64,000 bases of DNA from a virus. Taxonomy: Duplodnaviria > Caudoviricetes. Shown here piece by piece: positions 1 to 9,650 of this stretch. The stretch is taken from IMG/VR virus record IMGVR_UViG_3300011113_000415; one strand, given 5' to 3'. Every line of letters begins with the position of its first letter. Position 1 is the stretch's first letter. The position numbers were made by a program, and so were the translations under genes. Below the pieces are notes generated by a model that searched no databases, had not been told where the DNA came from, and saw nothing but the letters and a program-made list of their open reading frames with translations.

Positions 1-3000
1 TCTGCCTGGCTGGTTTCTCCAGGCACGACCACTTGTACCAAACTTGGATTTGAAGTCAACAAGGCTTCATTCAGTCGTATTTCATAGAAACTTCTGTTGG
101 CGTTGGCACCATATACACCACGTTGCACTGCCCAGTTTTCATAGATCTGATACTCGTTGACTCCACGACCGAGATCAGCAAATGTAAAAATTTCAGCGGC
201 ACGCACAGTGCCTTTGGTGCCAAGAAATTGACGATACAGATTCACTTGACTGGTACTGTCAAGATTAAGGGCAACCATATACTCTCTAGGTTTGAATCCA
301 ATCAAGTTATAGGCAAAAAGGTCTTGGTTGAGTTCAAGATTGGCTTGATACACATTGTATGTGTTGGCCAATTGGTCGCTCTTGTTGGGCAGGTTAGGCA
401 ACAGACCCTGTTGAATCAGAGTGTAGTCACTGCGTGTCCAGTCGTTGAAATCAAACTTGGGTTTGGGCTGTACAATATCAACTGCACTGTAATAAAAGTT
501 TTTGTACAACACAATTTCACCACGAGCATATTTGCGTAGTGGTTCCCATTCTTTTACATTGTCTTGATTTAATATAAAACCAGGTGCATTGAGTTGACCA
601 TTCCAGTCTTGTGTAACTGATCCAATCAATCTTATTCTACTTTGTCTAGCACCAGTAGCAGGATAGTAAATTAAATCAGCAAATATGCTTTGATTGTCCA
701 ATACAACCATGTTTTCATAAGATGTAAATTTAATGTGGAAATAGTTTATGGTATCAGCAGTGAGACTTCTCAGAGTAAATGTGTTGTCCAGCCTTTCAAC
801 CACTAGATCTCGCGTGGCAAATGGAGTACGATCAGCATTGAGAACCATGTTTTCTGTTGTTTGTAATGCAATGCTGTCAACTATGGCCTCAGGTCTTTCC
901 ACAATTATCTGTGTGGCGCCTGGATTCAAATTTATAATGCTTCCTTCGGCCCACCCTTGACCACTCCAGTACAGAAATTCGCTGACCATTTGATTCCAGT
1001 CAAGCACGTAGCCATTTTCCATTTGATTGAATACCAATCCCTGTTGTTGTAGTAGGGCTCCATAACTCAGTAAGAAATCTGCTACCAAGGTTCTGTTGGT
1101 GAATGTGTATCCATAAGGTACCTGGACCACTTGGTCGCTGTAACTCACTGGCACACGCACTTCAAACCCGCCAGCACTTATTGTACTCAACACCCCGTTT
1201 ACCTTGCTGACCAAGATGTCAAAGTAAGGTTGTATGGTGCTATAGCCGTATACTGCCCACCCATTTGCCGTTGACTGCACAATGATACTGCTGTAGGTCA
1301 ACTGATCAAAAGGTACGTTCTTGTAAAACAACAGGTTGTAACTTTCATCGGGCAACAGCAAACTTGAGTTTAGACTGTTGGGGCTGGATTTTTCAGTATA
1401 AATTTCTAGTAGATTTTTGCCTGTAAAAGCAGCCATTCTGTAGCACAAACGCACGTCAAGATTTTTTAGATCTGCTGTGAGTGCGTCGGTGGAATTGATT
1501 CCACTTACTCGATTGAAGTCCACAATCCAGTCAATGTAACTGGCCTTGCTGACGCCGTTGCCATAGACTTCAATGCCATTGGCATCCAGTCTGTAACGAC
1601 CGTTGTAGAGATATTGACCCAGTTCTGCATTATAGCGATAAAGATCACGATCTGCAAACAGGCTGAAGAATTCTGCTGGACGTGTGAGGGCCAACAGGCG
1701 CATGATGGCAAATGGATATGCACTACTGGTTCTCCAGGCGTTCTCTACAGGAGCATCGTCACCAACCGCCCAATTTCTCTGGAAGTTGTTGCTGTTGAAA
1801 TTGCCAACCACTGTTTCAATGGGCGGTAGTAACGCACCTTCGCTGCCGGATGGAATCACCTGTGTAAGTTGAGGTCTTGCATATTGAGGCAACACGTAAG
1901 GTGCCACAGGGTCTCGCACTAGACCTGCCGCCAAGTCATCCCACAACACCAAGTTGCCTGACGTGTAAGGTGCAGGACCGTATTCTGCTTCCCACCAAGA
2001 AGGCATTACACTGAAACCCAGCATTTCCCAAGGTCTTGTGTTGGGACTTATTGTGTCATAAAAATAGTTATAGATGCCGCGCCAGGCGCCTACGGCCAAT
2101 GGTTGATTGGCAGTCAACTTGTTGCTGGCTGTGCTATAATTCCAAGTGAAACCATTGTTGGGCAGGTAGTCCTGTGACTTGTAGTCCAATTTGTTCCAGC
2201 CAACCCAGGTCAAAAAGTCTTGACTTTCTATGCCGGTGATTTCCTCCAGGGTATAATCTGTTGTGCGGAACTGTCCGGGCACAACCTCTGTGGCCACAAG
2301 AGGCACAGGATTACCATCTAGTTTCAAATTGTTGTATATTCTAGTTTCAAATTCCAACAACACTTGATCACGCAAGTCACCAAAAGCCACAGTGATACTT
2401 CCATCATGGCCGCGTATGACTCTTCTGGGCGTGACATAAGTGGTATCAATGTAGGTCTCAGGCACAAAGGCAGGATACAAACCCAGTTTGGTTGGGGTAT
2501 TGGGTACAAATGTACCGTATGTGTCAGCATATTCTTGTATGACAACTGTGTCGCCTACTGTTAGTGGTATGGTAATGGTCAACGTGGGTGCATCTGTTGC
2601 TACAACATATTCAACACCTCTTGTGAGCAGTCGGTCATTCACATACACAGATAATCCCAAATAGTTGGCAGAAGTGTAGTTGTATACTTGTGCAAGGTCA
2701 AAAGTATCTGTGGTAATAAAACTGATCACTGTTGAAGATTGTGTGTACACATTGCTGGCAGGCAACATGTCACTCCAATAAAATGGATTTGCACTGGTAC
2801 GTCCAGCCACAAGATCAGTCACTACAGCAGTGAGTATTTCAGGCACAGTCATATTCACATAATCGCCAGACACAGCGGCATTCAACAATTGTGCTTTGTA
2901 CTTTTCGTATTCTCTTGAATTAAATTCAAGACTGGCAAATATATTGTAGTTGGCACTGCGCAAAAAATAACCTGCCAATGTCATTGGTGCGCTTTGTTGT

Positions 3001-5771
3001 AGTATGTTCAAGCCAAATGGTATGATATTGCCAAGGTCGCGTGAATTGTTGGCTCCATTTATTTTTCCTGTCAAGCCAATCAAGTTTTGTCCAATGGTAT
3101 CGTAGTGGGTCCGTATAGTGCCTAGTGTGAGATTGGCAGCATTCTCATTCAAGGGATTGTTTTCAAGGTTGACAGGAACTTGGTAAAAACCCACAGCACT
3201 GACTTGGTCACTCAAGACCAACACTTCAATTATTTGTCCTGGCACAATTAGGGTGGTAGTAGGAAATGTGATAGTGGTAGTATTAGTTGTTGTTGCATAG
3301 GTATAAGAGCCTGGATCCTGGAACTCACTGTCCACATAGATCTTGATAGACGGAACTGTGTCTACTGGCAAGGCTGCCACATCCAACAACAAAGGTGTGT
3401 TAGAGGCGTAAGTAAAACTAAACTGCTGATAGATCTTGCTCTTGACTGCGGCCGTTTGCCAACCTATTTCTTTGGTATAAACAGTGCGATTGGCATACTG
3501 TCTTACAAATCCAATGCTGATATTTTTGGTATAACTTATGTCATTTTGCACATAAAGAAATGTGTCAGCATAGAGGTTGTTGTCAAAAACAATATCACCT
3601 ATGTTGTTGAGACTGAGATACCGTAGAGGAAAACCCAACACAGTATCGTCTAGACCCGGCCCTAAAGCATAACTAAACAATTTGCTGCCTGCAAACGTAC
3701 TGCTAGGATAGGCCACAGGATTGCCAAGACTGTAGCCGTTGGTGTCAAATACATCAAACAACGGTGCTTGATTTACTCCAGTTTTTTGTTGTGCCCGAAT
3801 CCATTGCACACCATCATAATAAAAACTTATACCTTGCAAGGTGATGCCGCTGAGACAGACCACTGTTTGGTCAACCAGCACATCGGCATCTGAGGCAGGA
3901 ACCAGATTGATCACTGGATATGAGAATGAACTGCCATCGTCACTGAAAGTAACAAATTCTACCACATAAATTTTGTTTCTTACGTCTGGATCGGTGTCAC
4001 CAGCAAATATAACTCTAGTTCCCTCAACAAAAGTGTATCCATCTACACCATAACCCACTGTGCCATTTATGGTGCTGAGAGCATCTGTTGTGGCAAAATC
4101 AATGATATCCACAGGTTGTTTGCCTTGTGTGCCCATGTGCCATAATCTAGTTCCACCGCGGAATTCCAAAATAGGTCGCTTGGCCCTGTATGCATTGTCA
4201 AGCACAGGTATTGTGTTATTGTAAGTGGCTGCGGCTGAAATTACGTCAACATGAAACCAACGATTGCTACGGCTCCAGGCATTCAAGTCTGGTGAGTCCA
4301 ATGCCATGGTAAGGTAGTCAGGCACCAAAGGCTGATTCAAACTGGCATCAAAATTACCCTCGTCATAAGGTACAGAATCAAAAGGCACGGTGGCACTTTG
4401 AGTGTAGGTTTCAGGTGTGACATAATTGCTGACTGGCAATAATTGAATTGCTGTGCCAACTCCTGACACGTAGTATTCTTGATTGGTATAACTGCTGGGC
4501 ACAACCGGAGCAAGAAATTGCACTTTGAGATTGTTGGTAAACACCACACCATTGGGGCTGGTGTAATTTTTCTTGCCCAAGATATCTGTTGCAACATTGA
4601 TAGTGGAACTGTCTACTTGATCCACTAGTCTAATTTGTCCAAAGATGTCTGGATTGGTGCCATCTTGATACCATAACACATCTTTGATTGCAGTCAATAG
4701 CGGAACCTGAGAGATCACACTGCTGGCATCATTGTACCAAGTGGTACTGGCCCACTGTGTGCCAAACAACACGTCAAATTTTGTCAATGTGCTCAGTGTA
4801 GAAATAGGCAACAAGTTTACAATAGGCAAATTGTTGATGTCATAGGAGTATTGAATCTGCCAAACGTTGTTGGTTGGAAATGTTGGACTGGTTGTGAATA
4901 CCAATGTTTTGTTGTTGAGATTGGTTATGCCATCTATGCCACCATAGTCAGCAATGATGTCGCTGAGATACATGCCGTTCAACTGATCATAACTCAACTC
5001 ACTCAGCAGGTCTACATTACCTATGCTGACAAGATCATAATAGAACTGTTGTGCATTTTTGAATGGCACATAAAAAGTCACTGTGCCTAGATCTTCGCCA
5101 TTGGCAGACACTCCCATCACACTTCTACTGCTGATGTTGGGTGCATAAGGCAATTGACCATTGATGCCAGGATCAGTTTGAATCCAGAATGGATTTCCAG
5201 TCTGGCTCACTTCAAAAGTGTAATTGCCCCCACGTACCAGCGTTATGGTAGGATTATTGCCTATTGCTCCACTGAACGTGTATGAGTTGGTACCACGAAC
5301 AACTGAAAAATTGTCTGTCAAAGGTATTGCTGTGGCAAACACATCCACAGCATCAGGTCCTGCTGGTAACCAGTAGTATTGGCTGTAGTTTACAAACTTG
5401 TCAAAACTTACAAAAGGATCCCAAGTGTAATAATCACTGGTATACAGTCTGTCACTGTTGTTGGTCACTGCACCTTGTATTGCCAGGGAGTCTGTGATAC
5501 CTGGATAAGTGATGGCATCTTGTATCTCTTCAGTGTCGGGTTTGAGACTGATAACACCAGGCTCCAATTGATAGTTGGCTCGAGTGGCATTGGGTTCTAG
5601 CACATAGTAATCATTGGGGTTGACCCCAGGGCCAACCCTGCGTCCAACATAACCCTGTACTTTTTCAAATGCAGGTTCTTGAACCAACTGATCAAGCGTG
5701 GCATTTAAAAATTGTTTGTTAGGAACAGTCTGAAATATTTCAGGTAAAAAATCAACGGTGCGTATGGCCAT
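1..5771 (-). CDS. Giant baseplate wedge-type structural protein (gp7-like position), >1920 aa, C-terminus beyond the left window edge
   Basis: ATG at 5771 overlaps the gp6 stop (TAATG). Manual translation gives MAIRTVDFLPEIFQTVPNKQFLNATLDQLVQEP...YTWDPFVSFDKFVNYSQYYWLPAGP. The same frame reads PWEMLGFSVMPSWWEAEYGP near 2000 and is still open at position 3. Absent from the ORF track, consistent with no stop inside the window. Confidence 0.85.
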   Translation of the reverse strand, partial: MAIRTVDFLPEIFQTVPNKQFLNATLDQLVQEPAFEKVQGYVGRRVGPGVNPNDYYVLEPNATRANYQLEPGVISLKPDTEEIQDAITYPGITDSLAIQGAVTNNSDRLYTSDYYTWDPFVSFDKFVNYSQYYWLPAGPDAVDVFATAIPLTDNFSVVRGTNSYTFSGAIGNNPTITLVRGGNYTFEVSQTGNPFWIQTDPGINGQLPYAPNISSRSVMGVSANGEDLGTVTFYVPFKNAQQFYYDLVSIGNVDLLSELSYDQLNGMYLSDIIADYGGIDGITNLNNKTLVFTTSPTFPTNNVWQIQYSYDINNLPIVNLLPISTLSTLTKFDVLFGTQWASTTWYNDASSVISQVPLLTAIKDVLWYQDGTNPDIFGQIRLVDQVDSSTINVATDILGKKNYTSPNGVVFTNNLKVQFLAPVVPSSYTNQEYYVSGVGTAIQLLPVSNYVTPETYTQSATVPFDSVPYDEGNFDASLNQPLVPDYLTMALDSPDLNAWSRSNRWFHVDVISAAATYNNTIPVLDNAYRAKRPILEFRGGTRLWHMGTQGKQPVDIIDFATTDALSTINGTVGYGVDGYTFVEGTRVIFAGDTDPDVRNKIYVVEFVTFSDDGSSFSYPVINLVPASDADVLVDQTVVCLSGITLQGISFYYDGVQWIRAQQKTGVNQAPLFDVFDTNGYSLGNPVAYPSSTFAGSKLFSYALGPGLDDTVLGFPLRYLSLNNIGDIVFDNNLYADTFLYVQNDISYTKNISIGFVRQYANRTVYTKEIGWQTAAVKSKIYQQFSFTYASNTPLLLDVAALPVDTVPSIKIYVDSEFQDPGSYTYATTTNTTTITFPTTTLIVPGQIIEVLVLSDQVSAVGFYQVPVNLENNPLNENAANLTLGTIRTHYDTIGQNLIGLTGKINGANNSRDLGNIIPFGLNILQQSAPMTLAGYFLRSANYNIFASLEFNSREYEKYKAQLLNAAVSGDYVNMTVPEILTAVVTDLVAGRTSANPFYWSDMLPASNVYTQSSTVISFITTDTFDLAQVYNYTSANYLGLSVYVNDRLLTRGVEYVVATDAPTLTITIPLTVGDTVVIQEYADTYGTFVPNTPTKLGLYPAFVPETYIDTTYVTPRRVIRGHDGSITVAFGDLRDQVLLEFETRIYNNLKLDGNPVPLVATEVVPGQFRTTDYTLEEITGIESQDFLTWVGWNKLDYKSQDYLPNNGFTWNYSTASNKLTANQPLAVGAWRGIYNYFYDTISPNTRPWEMLGFSVMPSWWEAEYGPAPYTSGNLVLWDDLAAGLVRDPVAPYVLPQYARPQLTQVIPSGSEGALLPPIETVVGNFNSNNFQRNWAVGDDAPVENAWRTSSAYPFAIMRLLALTRPAEFFSLFADRDLYRYNAELGQYLYNGRYRLDANGIEVYGNGVSKASYIDWIVDFNRVSGINSTDALTADLKNLDVRLCYRMAAFTGKNLLEIYTEKSSPNSLNSSLLLPDESYNLLFYKNVPFDQLTYSSIIVQSTANGWAVYGYSTIQPYFDILVSKVNGVLSTISAGGFEVRVPVSYSDQVVQVPYGYTFTNRTLVADFLLSYGALLQQQGLVFNQMENGYVLDWNQMVSEFLYWSGQGWAEGSIINLNPGATQIIVERPEAIVDSIALQTTENMVLNADRTPFATRDLVVERLDNTFTLRSLTADTINYFHIKFTSYENMVVLDNQSIFADLIYYPATGARQSRIRLIGSVTQDWNGQLNAPGFILNQDNVKEWEPLRKYARGEIVLYKNFYYSAVDIVQPKPKFDFNDWTRSDYTLIQQGLLPNLPNKSDQLANTYNVYQANLELNQDLFAYNLIGFKPREYMVALNLDSTSQVNLYRQFLGTKGTVRAAEIFTFADLGRGVNEYQIYENWAVQRGVYGANANRSFYEIRLNEALLTSNPSLVQVVVPGETSQA

Positions 5772-8700
5772 TAGATCACTCCACTGCCAGGAGCAGTTCT
5801 AATATTTGTGCTGGTCAATGCTGTAATTACTTCTACACTTGAAACTCCGGCACCATTCACAAATATTTCACTAGGCGCACTGCGTATTTCATACAAATCA
5901 CCAAAACTCTTTAAAGGGTCCAAAGGAACCAATACCACTGAACTGACCACTCCGCCCATGTTGGAATGAATATAGGCCGCCAGTTCTGAAAAATAAAACG
6001 TTTGTCCAAAATCCCATTTGTCAATGCTGAAATAAGTGTTGAGATTGGCTATCACTAGATTTTTTATTTCACTTTCGCTGGCTGTGCTGTCGGCAGCACG
6101 AATTACCTTGATTGTGGCTTGCAGTTCTTTGGCTGCTTTGGGACCAAACAAGGGTTTGAATACCACGCTGTTCACAATCACATTGTCGCTGATCATCTTG
6201 TAGTCATTGAGTCCCTGATAGGCCGTGCTGAGTTCGTCTATAGTAGGCACAGGAGGTTTAGGCACTGTGTTGGTGGTGTCCTTGATCCAGTTTTGATAGG
6301 CAAAATAATAGGCTTGATTGACCACATACAGATCAATTATGTTGGTTGTGCCTGGGTCAATTCTACTGGTCAGTGGCGCATTGTGTCTGTATTGATAGTA
6401 GAGACTTTGACGACCGGTTCTGGCCAGCCATTCGTTGCTGACTTCTAGCAAACTGCGCACACCTGTGCCGCTGATGATCAGTTGATAAAAAGCACCCACT
6501 TGACCGGCCAAGGGTCCAATGCCAATGGTTTGGTTGTAGGCATAGAAAATTTGTCCGGGCACAAACTGTGCCATGACCACTTCTATATCATCTTTGGTGG
6601 CATATTCTGAAACCACGCGACCTGGTTCAACCAACAAGTAACGTTGCAGATTGTCAAAGTCCACGGTCTTTTCAAAGAAAACAAGTTTGGTGGTGGGATT
6701 TACAGTGGGTGCCACTATTTCATCAAAGAAGTCAGGATCATCTGGAACGCCATCTGAATCTGAGTCTTGATAACTCACAAACACCTGATAGTCATCCACA
6801 AAACCGTCGCTCTCAACTGGTTGTCCCACAATAGCCAATTTGATATCTCCGGGCAAGGGCACATTGGTATCGGGTTGTGAATTGGTTTTGAGAACATTTA
6901 CAAAATCAGAGATCACAGTGCCGGTACGGCTATCATATATGCGTTGGTTGGTTTCAAAGAAAAATCTGGTTTGAATCACTGATCCAAACAAATAAAACAG
7001 CGCACGACTGGTTACTGAATAGGTGGTTCCGTTGCTGACAAATTGTATCAACCAAGAAGCATCTTGATTGGTACCAGATGTTGATTGTGCATTGGTCAAA
7101 CTGAATGTGGCATCCACTGCTAGATTTGTGCTTGTGATCACATACCACGTGGCAGTGGTATTGTTGTAGCCAAGACCAAAATTGCGATTCAACAATATCT
7201 GATTGGTTATATCAGTGATATTGGTTGTGGTGAAATCTGTCACGAACAACGGAATCACTGCTACAGGTATGGCACCAGTAGGCACAAAATTATTCAAAGT
7301 CACTGGGCCTGTGCCATCAGCAAAATTGCCTTGACCTTGATTGGTTCCGTCCAGCACTATGGCTGTGGGACTGGCCCACAGTATCAGTTTGTCATTGTCT
7401 TGACTGGGCGTGCCTAGTTTGAGTCTGTTGTTGCCGTCAAAATAGTAACCAGTGGGAGGTGCAAACTGTACCAAAGCACCAACTTGTATGTATTTGCTTG
7501 CTGTACTGCTGAATGTGCCAATGGCAGCAGGATTACCTAGAGAATTGACAAAATAACCAGTGGTCTCGTTGGCCAGTGTAGTACTCTGATTCCAGGTAAA
7601 ATTCAAAACTGTTAGATTGGGTCTTGGAAAATTTGCGTAGTAGAATTGATCCAGACCAGTGGACACCAACAGAGGTTGTACACTGTCAGTTATCACTGTG
7701 GCAATGTCATTGCGTGTTAGCCATGTGAAGTTAAATGTTGGCAGTTGATTTTCTTGCCACAAGGCACCGTCACTGCCAAAAGAATTGGTACTGGAATACT
7801 TGCCTGTGTTGTCTACTAGATCAAGATATCGTGAAGTGCCAATTGAGGCTCGGTTTAGAGCCTTGCTTTTGATAATTGAATTGTACAAGGTAAACGGAAA
7901 GTTGTTGTAGTCTTCACCGTTGACCATGCGGTTCTGTGTGTAGTATCTAGCCGGCGCACGTTGTTTGATTTCGTCTAGAGTCTCTCTAGGTTGTGCATTG
8001 CTCACAGGTTGTGTGATACCGCAAGTGAAAGTGATTGTTTCCAATTGCCCTGTACGACTCACATAACTGATGGGTATGACCACACTCTGCATTTCTTCTG
8101 GATTGATAATGTAGGCCAAACCGTTTGAGGCTCGAACATAGGCACGGAACGTGCCCACAGGAATAGTACTGAATACTCCATCTCCGAATGTCAATGTGAT
8201 TTGATCATTGGTTCTGCTGACCACTGAAAAAAGTTTTCTTTGATCAGGTGCCAGTTGTTCTGCGGCTGCCGCATACACACTCTGCACATACTGCCATTCA
8301 AATTGCACATTTCCCACTGTGTCCAGTTGATACAGCCAACGATCTTCGTTGTTGACACCTTCTATGTTGATGTTTACTGTGCGATTGGCAATGCGTTCGC
8401 CAAGATTGAAATCTTGATTTTGCAACACGCCCTGTTTGAAGTAAAAGAAGTATCCGGTGTTGGCACTGGCAAAGCCCAGTTGATCATTGCGGAACAAGAG
8501 GTTGAAAATGCCGTTGGGCAAGGGACTGGGTTCATACACATAGTCTCGACCCACAGAAGTGGAACTCACTGCCTCAAATGGCATGTTGATGCCGTCCACT
8601 GTGGCTGTGTAAGGAATTACTGGCAAGTAACCAGGCACCAGGTTGATGCTGTATTCAGATGTGTCAACTCCCACAATGGTTTGTTTGGCGCCAGGACGGC

Positions 8701-9211
8701 CCACACGTTGTGTGTCCACCAAGGCAGCATTCAAAATCGCAGTAAACTGTTCTACCCAGTTGAAGTTTGTGGGATCATTCCAGTTTATGGTTACATTGGC
8801 TAGATTAACACCGTTGAAGTCAGTGACATTTTCAGTGGTTTGCACCGAAAACACTTTGAGATAACCTTGTGCGGCTTGATTGCGCTTGGGAGTGTAACTG
8901 ACCAGTTCTGCCAGTTTGACCACTGAATCTCTGCGCTCGGCTGTGCCTAGATAGTTTTCTCTGGTGTTGAGGTCATTGCGGAAACTCATGGCTTGACCCA
9001 TGAACGCAATCACATCCAGCATGGCAATAAATTCTGAACTTTCAATGTAGTCATTGAAACTTTCAGGATAGTACTGACGTATGTAATCTACAAAACTCTT
9101 GCGCAGGGTTTCAAAGTCATAACTTTGAAAGTCTGCTTCGCGATAGGTTTGATAGATTCTTTTCCAATCTTCAACGCCAAATACAACTGTTTGTCTTGTG
9201 GTACGTGCCAT
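5771..9211 (-). CDS. gp6: Baseplate wedge subunit, T4 gp6 / baseplate-J-like (1146 aa)
   Basis: N-terminal DFETLRKSFVDYIR...IESSEFIAMLDVIAFMGQAMSFRNDLNTRENYLGTAERRDSVVKLAELVSYTP and DGEDY-like MVNGEDY motif; directly downstream of gp25. Confidence 0.8.
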   Translation of the reverse strand: MARTTRQTVVFGVEDWKRIYQTYREADFQSYDFETLRKSFVDYIRQYYPESFNDYIESSEFIAMLDVIAFMGQAMSFRNDLNTRENYLGTAERRDSVVKLAELVSYTPKRNQAAQGYLKVFSVQTTENVTDFNGVNLANVTINWNDPTNFNWVEQFTAILNAALVDTQRVGRPGAKQTIVGVDTSEYSINLVPGYLPVIPYTATVDGINMPFEAVSSTSVGRDYVYEPSPLPNGIFNLLFRNDQLGFASANTGYFFYFKQGVLQNQDFNLGERIANRTVNINIEGVNNEDRWLYQLDTVGNVQFEWQYVQSVYAAAAEQLAPDQRKLFSVVSRTNDQITLTFGDGVFSTIPVGTFRAYVRASNGLAYIINPEEMQSVVIPISYVSRTGQLETITFTCGITQPVSNAQPRETLDEIKQRAPARYYTQNRMVNGEDYNNFPFTLYNSIIKSKALNRASIGTSRYLDLVDNTGKYSSTNSFGSDGALWQENQLPTFNFTWLTRNDIATVITDSVQPLLVSTGLDQFYYANFPRPNLTVLNFTWNQSTTLANETTGYFVNSLGNPAAIGTFSSTASKYIQVGALVQFAPPTGYYFDGNNRLKLGTPSQDNDKLILWASPTAIVLDGTNQGQGNFADGTGPVTLNNFVPTGAIPVAVIPLFVTDFTTTNITDITNQILLNRNFGLGYNNTTATWYVITSTNLAVDATFSLTNAQSTSGTNQDASWLIQFVSNGTTYSVTSRALFYLFGSVIQTRFFFETNQRIYDSRTGTVISDFVNVLKTNSQPDTNVPLPGDIKLAIVGQPVESDGFVDDYQVFVSYQDSDSDGVPDDPDFFDEIVAPTVNPTTKLVFFEKTVDFDNLQRYLLVEPGRVVSEYATKDDIEVVMAQFVPGQIFYAYNQTIGIGPLAGQVGAFYQLIISGTGVRSLLEVSNEWLARTGRQSLYYQYRHNAPLTSRIDPGTTNIIDLYVVNQAYYFAYQNWIKDTTNTVPKPPVPTIDELSTAYQGLNDYKMISDNVIVNSVVFKPLFGPKAAKELQATIKVIRAADSTASESEIKNLVIANLNTYFSIDKWDFGQTFYFSELAAYIHSNMGGVVSSVVLVPLDPLKSFGDLYEIRSAPSEIFVNGAGVSSVEVITALTSTNIRTAPGSGVI

Positions 9212-9227
9212 AATGTTCCGTTTCTTT

Positions 9228-9233
9228 TATTTA
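9228..9233 (-). promoter_or_regulatory. T4-type late promoter box TAAATA upstream of gp6
   Basis: ATAAATAA on the minus strand, 16 nt before the ATG at 9211. Confidence 0.55.
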
Positions 9234-9254
9234 TTGCAAAAATAAACGGCGTAG

Positions 9255-9629
9255 TTATACGTAACTGGCTCGTCTTGTTTCTTGATTAAAAAATATGCTG
9301 AGTTGTTCTGCTGTGGTGCCTGGCACTATTTGCACTTGCAATTCTATCAAGACTCCGTTTTGCTGGGGATAATAATTTATGTCGCTAAGGTATACTCTTG
9401 GGTCACCGCCGGCTATGCGCTGTATTTCAGCAATTGTGGCCTGTTCAGTTGTGATGTCTTGATTTTCAAACACATAGTCCAGCAGTGTTGATCCATAATC
9501 AGGTCGGCCAGGTAGTGTGCCTTGGCGGATGTTGAATGCATTAAGAAGATCACGCTTGACCAATTCCCCGTCGACAAGCGTGAATTTTTTGTATTGATTG
9601 ATGGTACTATACCCGATAAATGTGGCCAT
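9255..9629 (-). CDS. gp25: Baseplate wedge subunit gp25-like (124 aa)
   Basis: LVKRDLLNAFNIRQGTLPGRPDYGSTL...IQRIAGGDPRV matches the GPW/gp25 pattern; adjacent to gp6. Confidence 0.8.
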   Translation of the reverse strand: MATFIGYSTINQYKKFTLVDGELVKRDLLNAFNIRQGTLPGRPDYGSTLLDYVFENQDITTEQATIAEIQRIAGGDPRVYLSDINYYPQQNGVLIELQVQIVPGTTAEQLSIFFNQETRRASYV

Positions 9630-9634
9630 ACAAG

Positions 9635-9640
9635 TATTTA
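9635..9640 (-). promoter_or_regulatory. Late promoter box (CATAAATAC) 5 nt upstream of the gp25 ATG
   Basis: TATTTA at 9635-9640 on the plus strand; no SD fits between box and ATG. Confidence 0.65.
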
Positions 9641-9650
9641 TGTTACTAAA

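Noticed and set aside
123-5600. Short plus- and minus-strand ORFs listed in the first 5.7 kb
   Set aside because: All lie within the giant minus-strand baseplate ORF, in other frames
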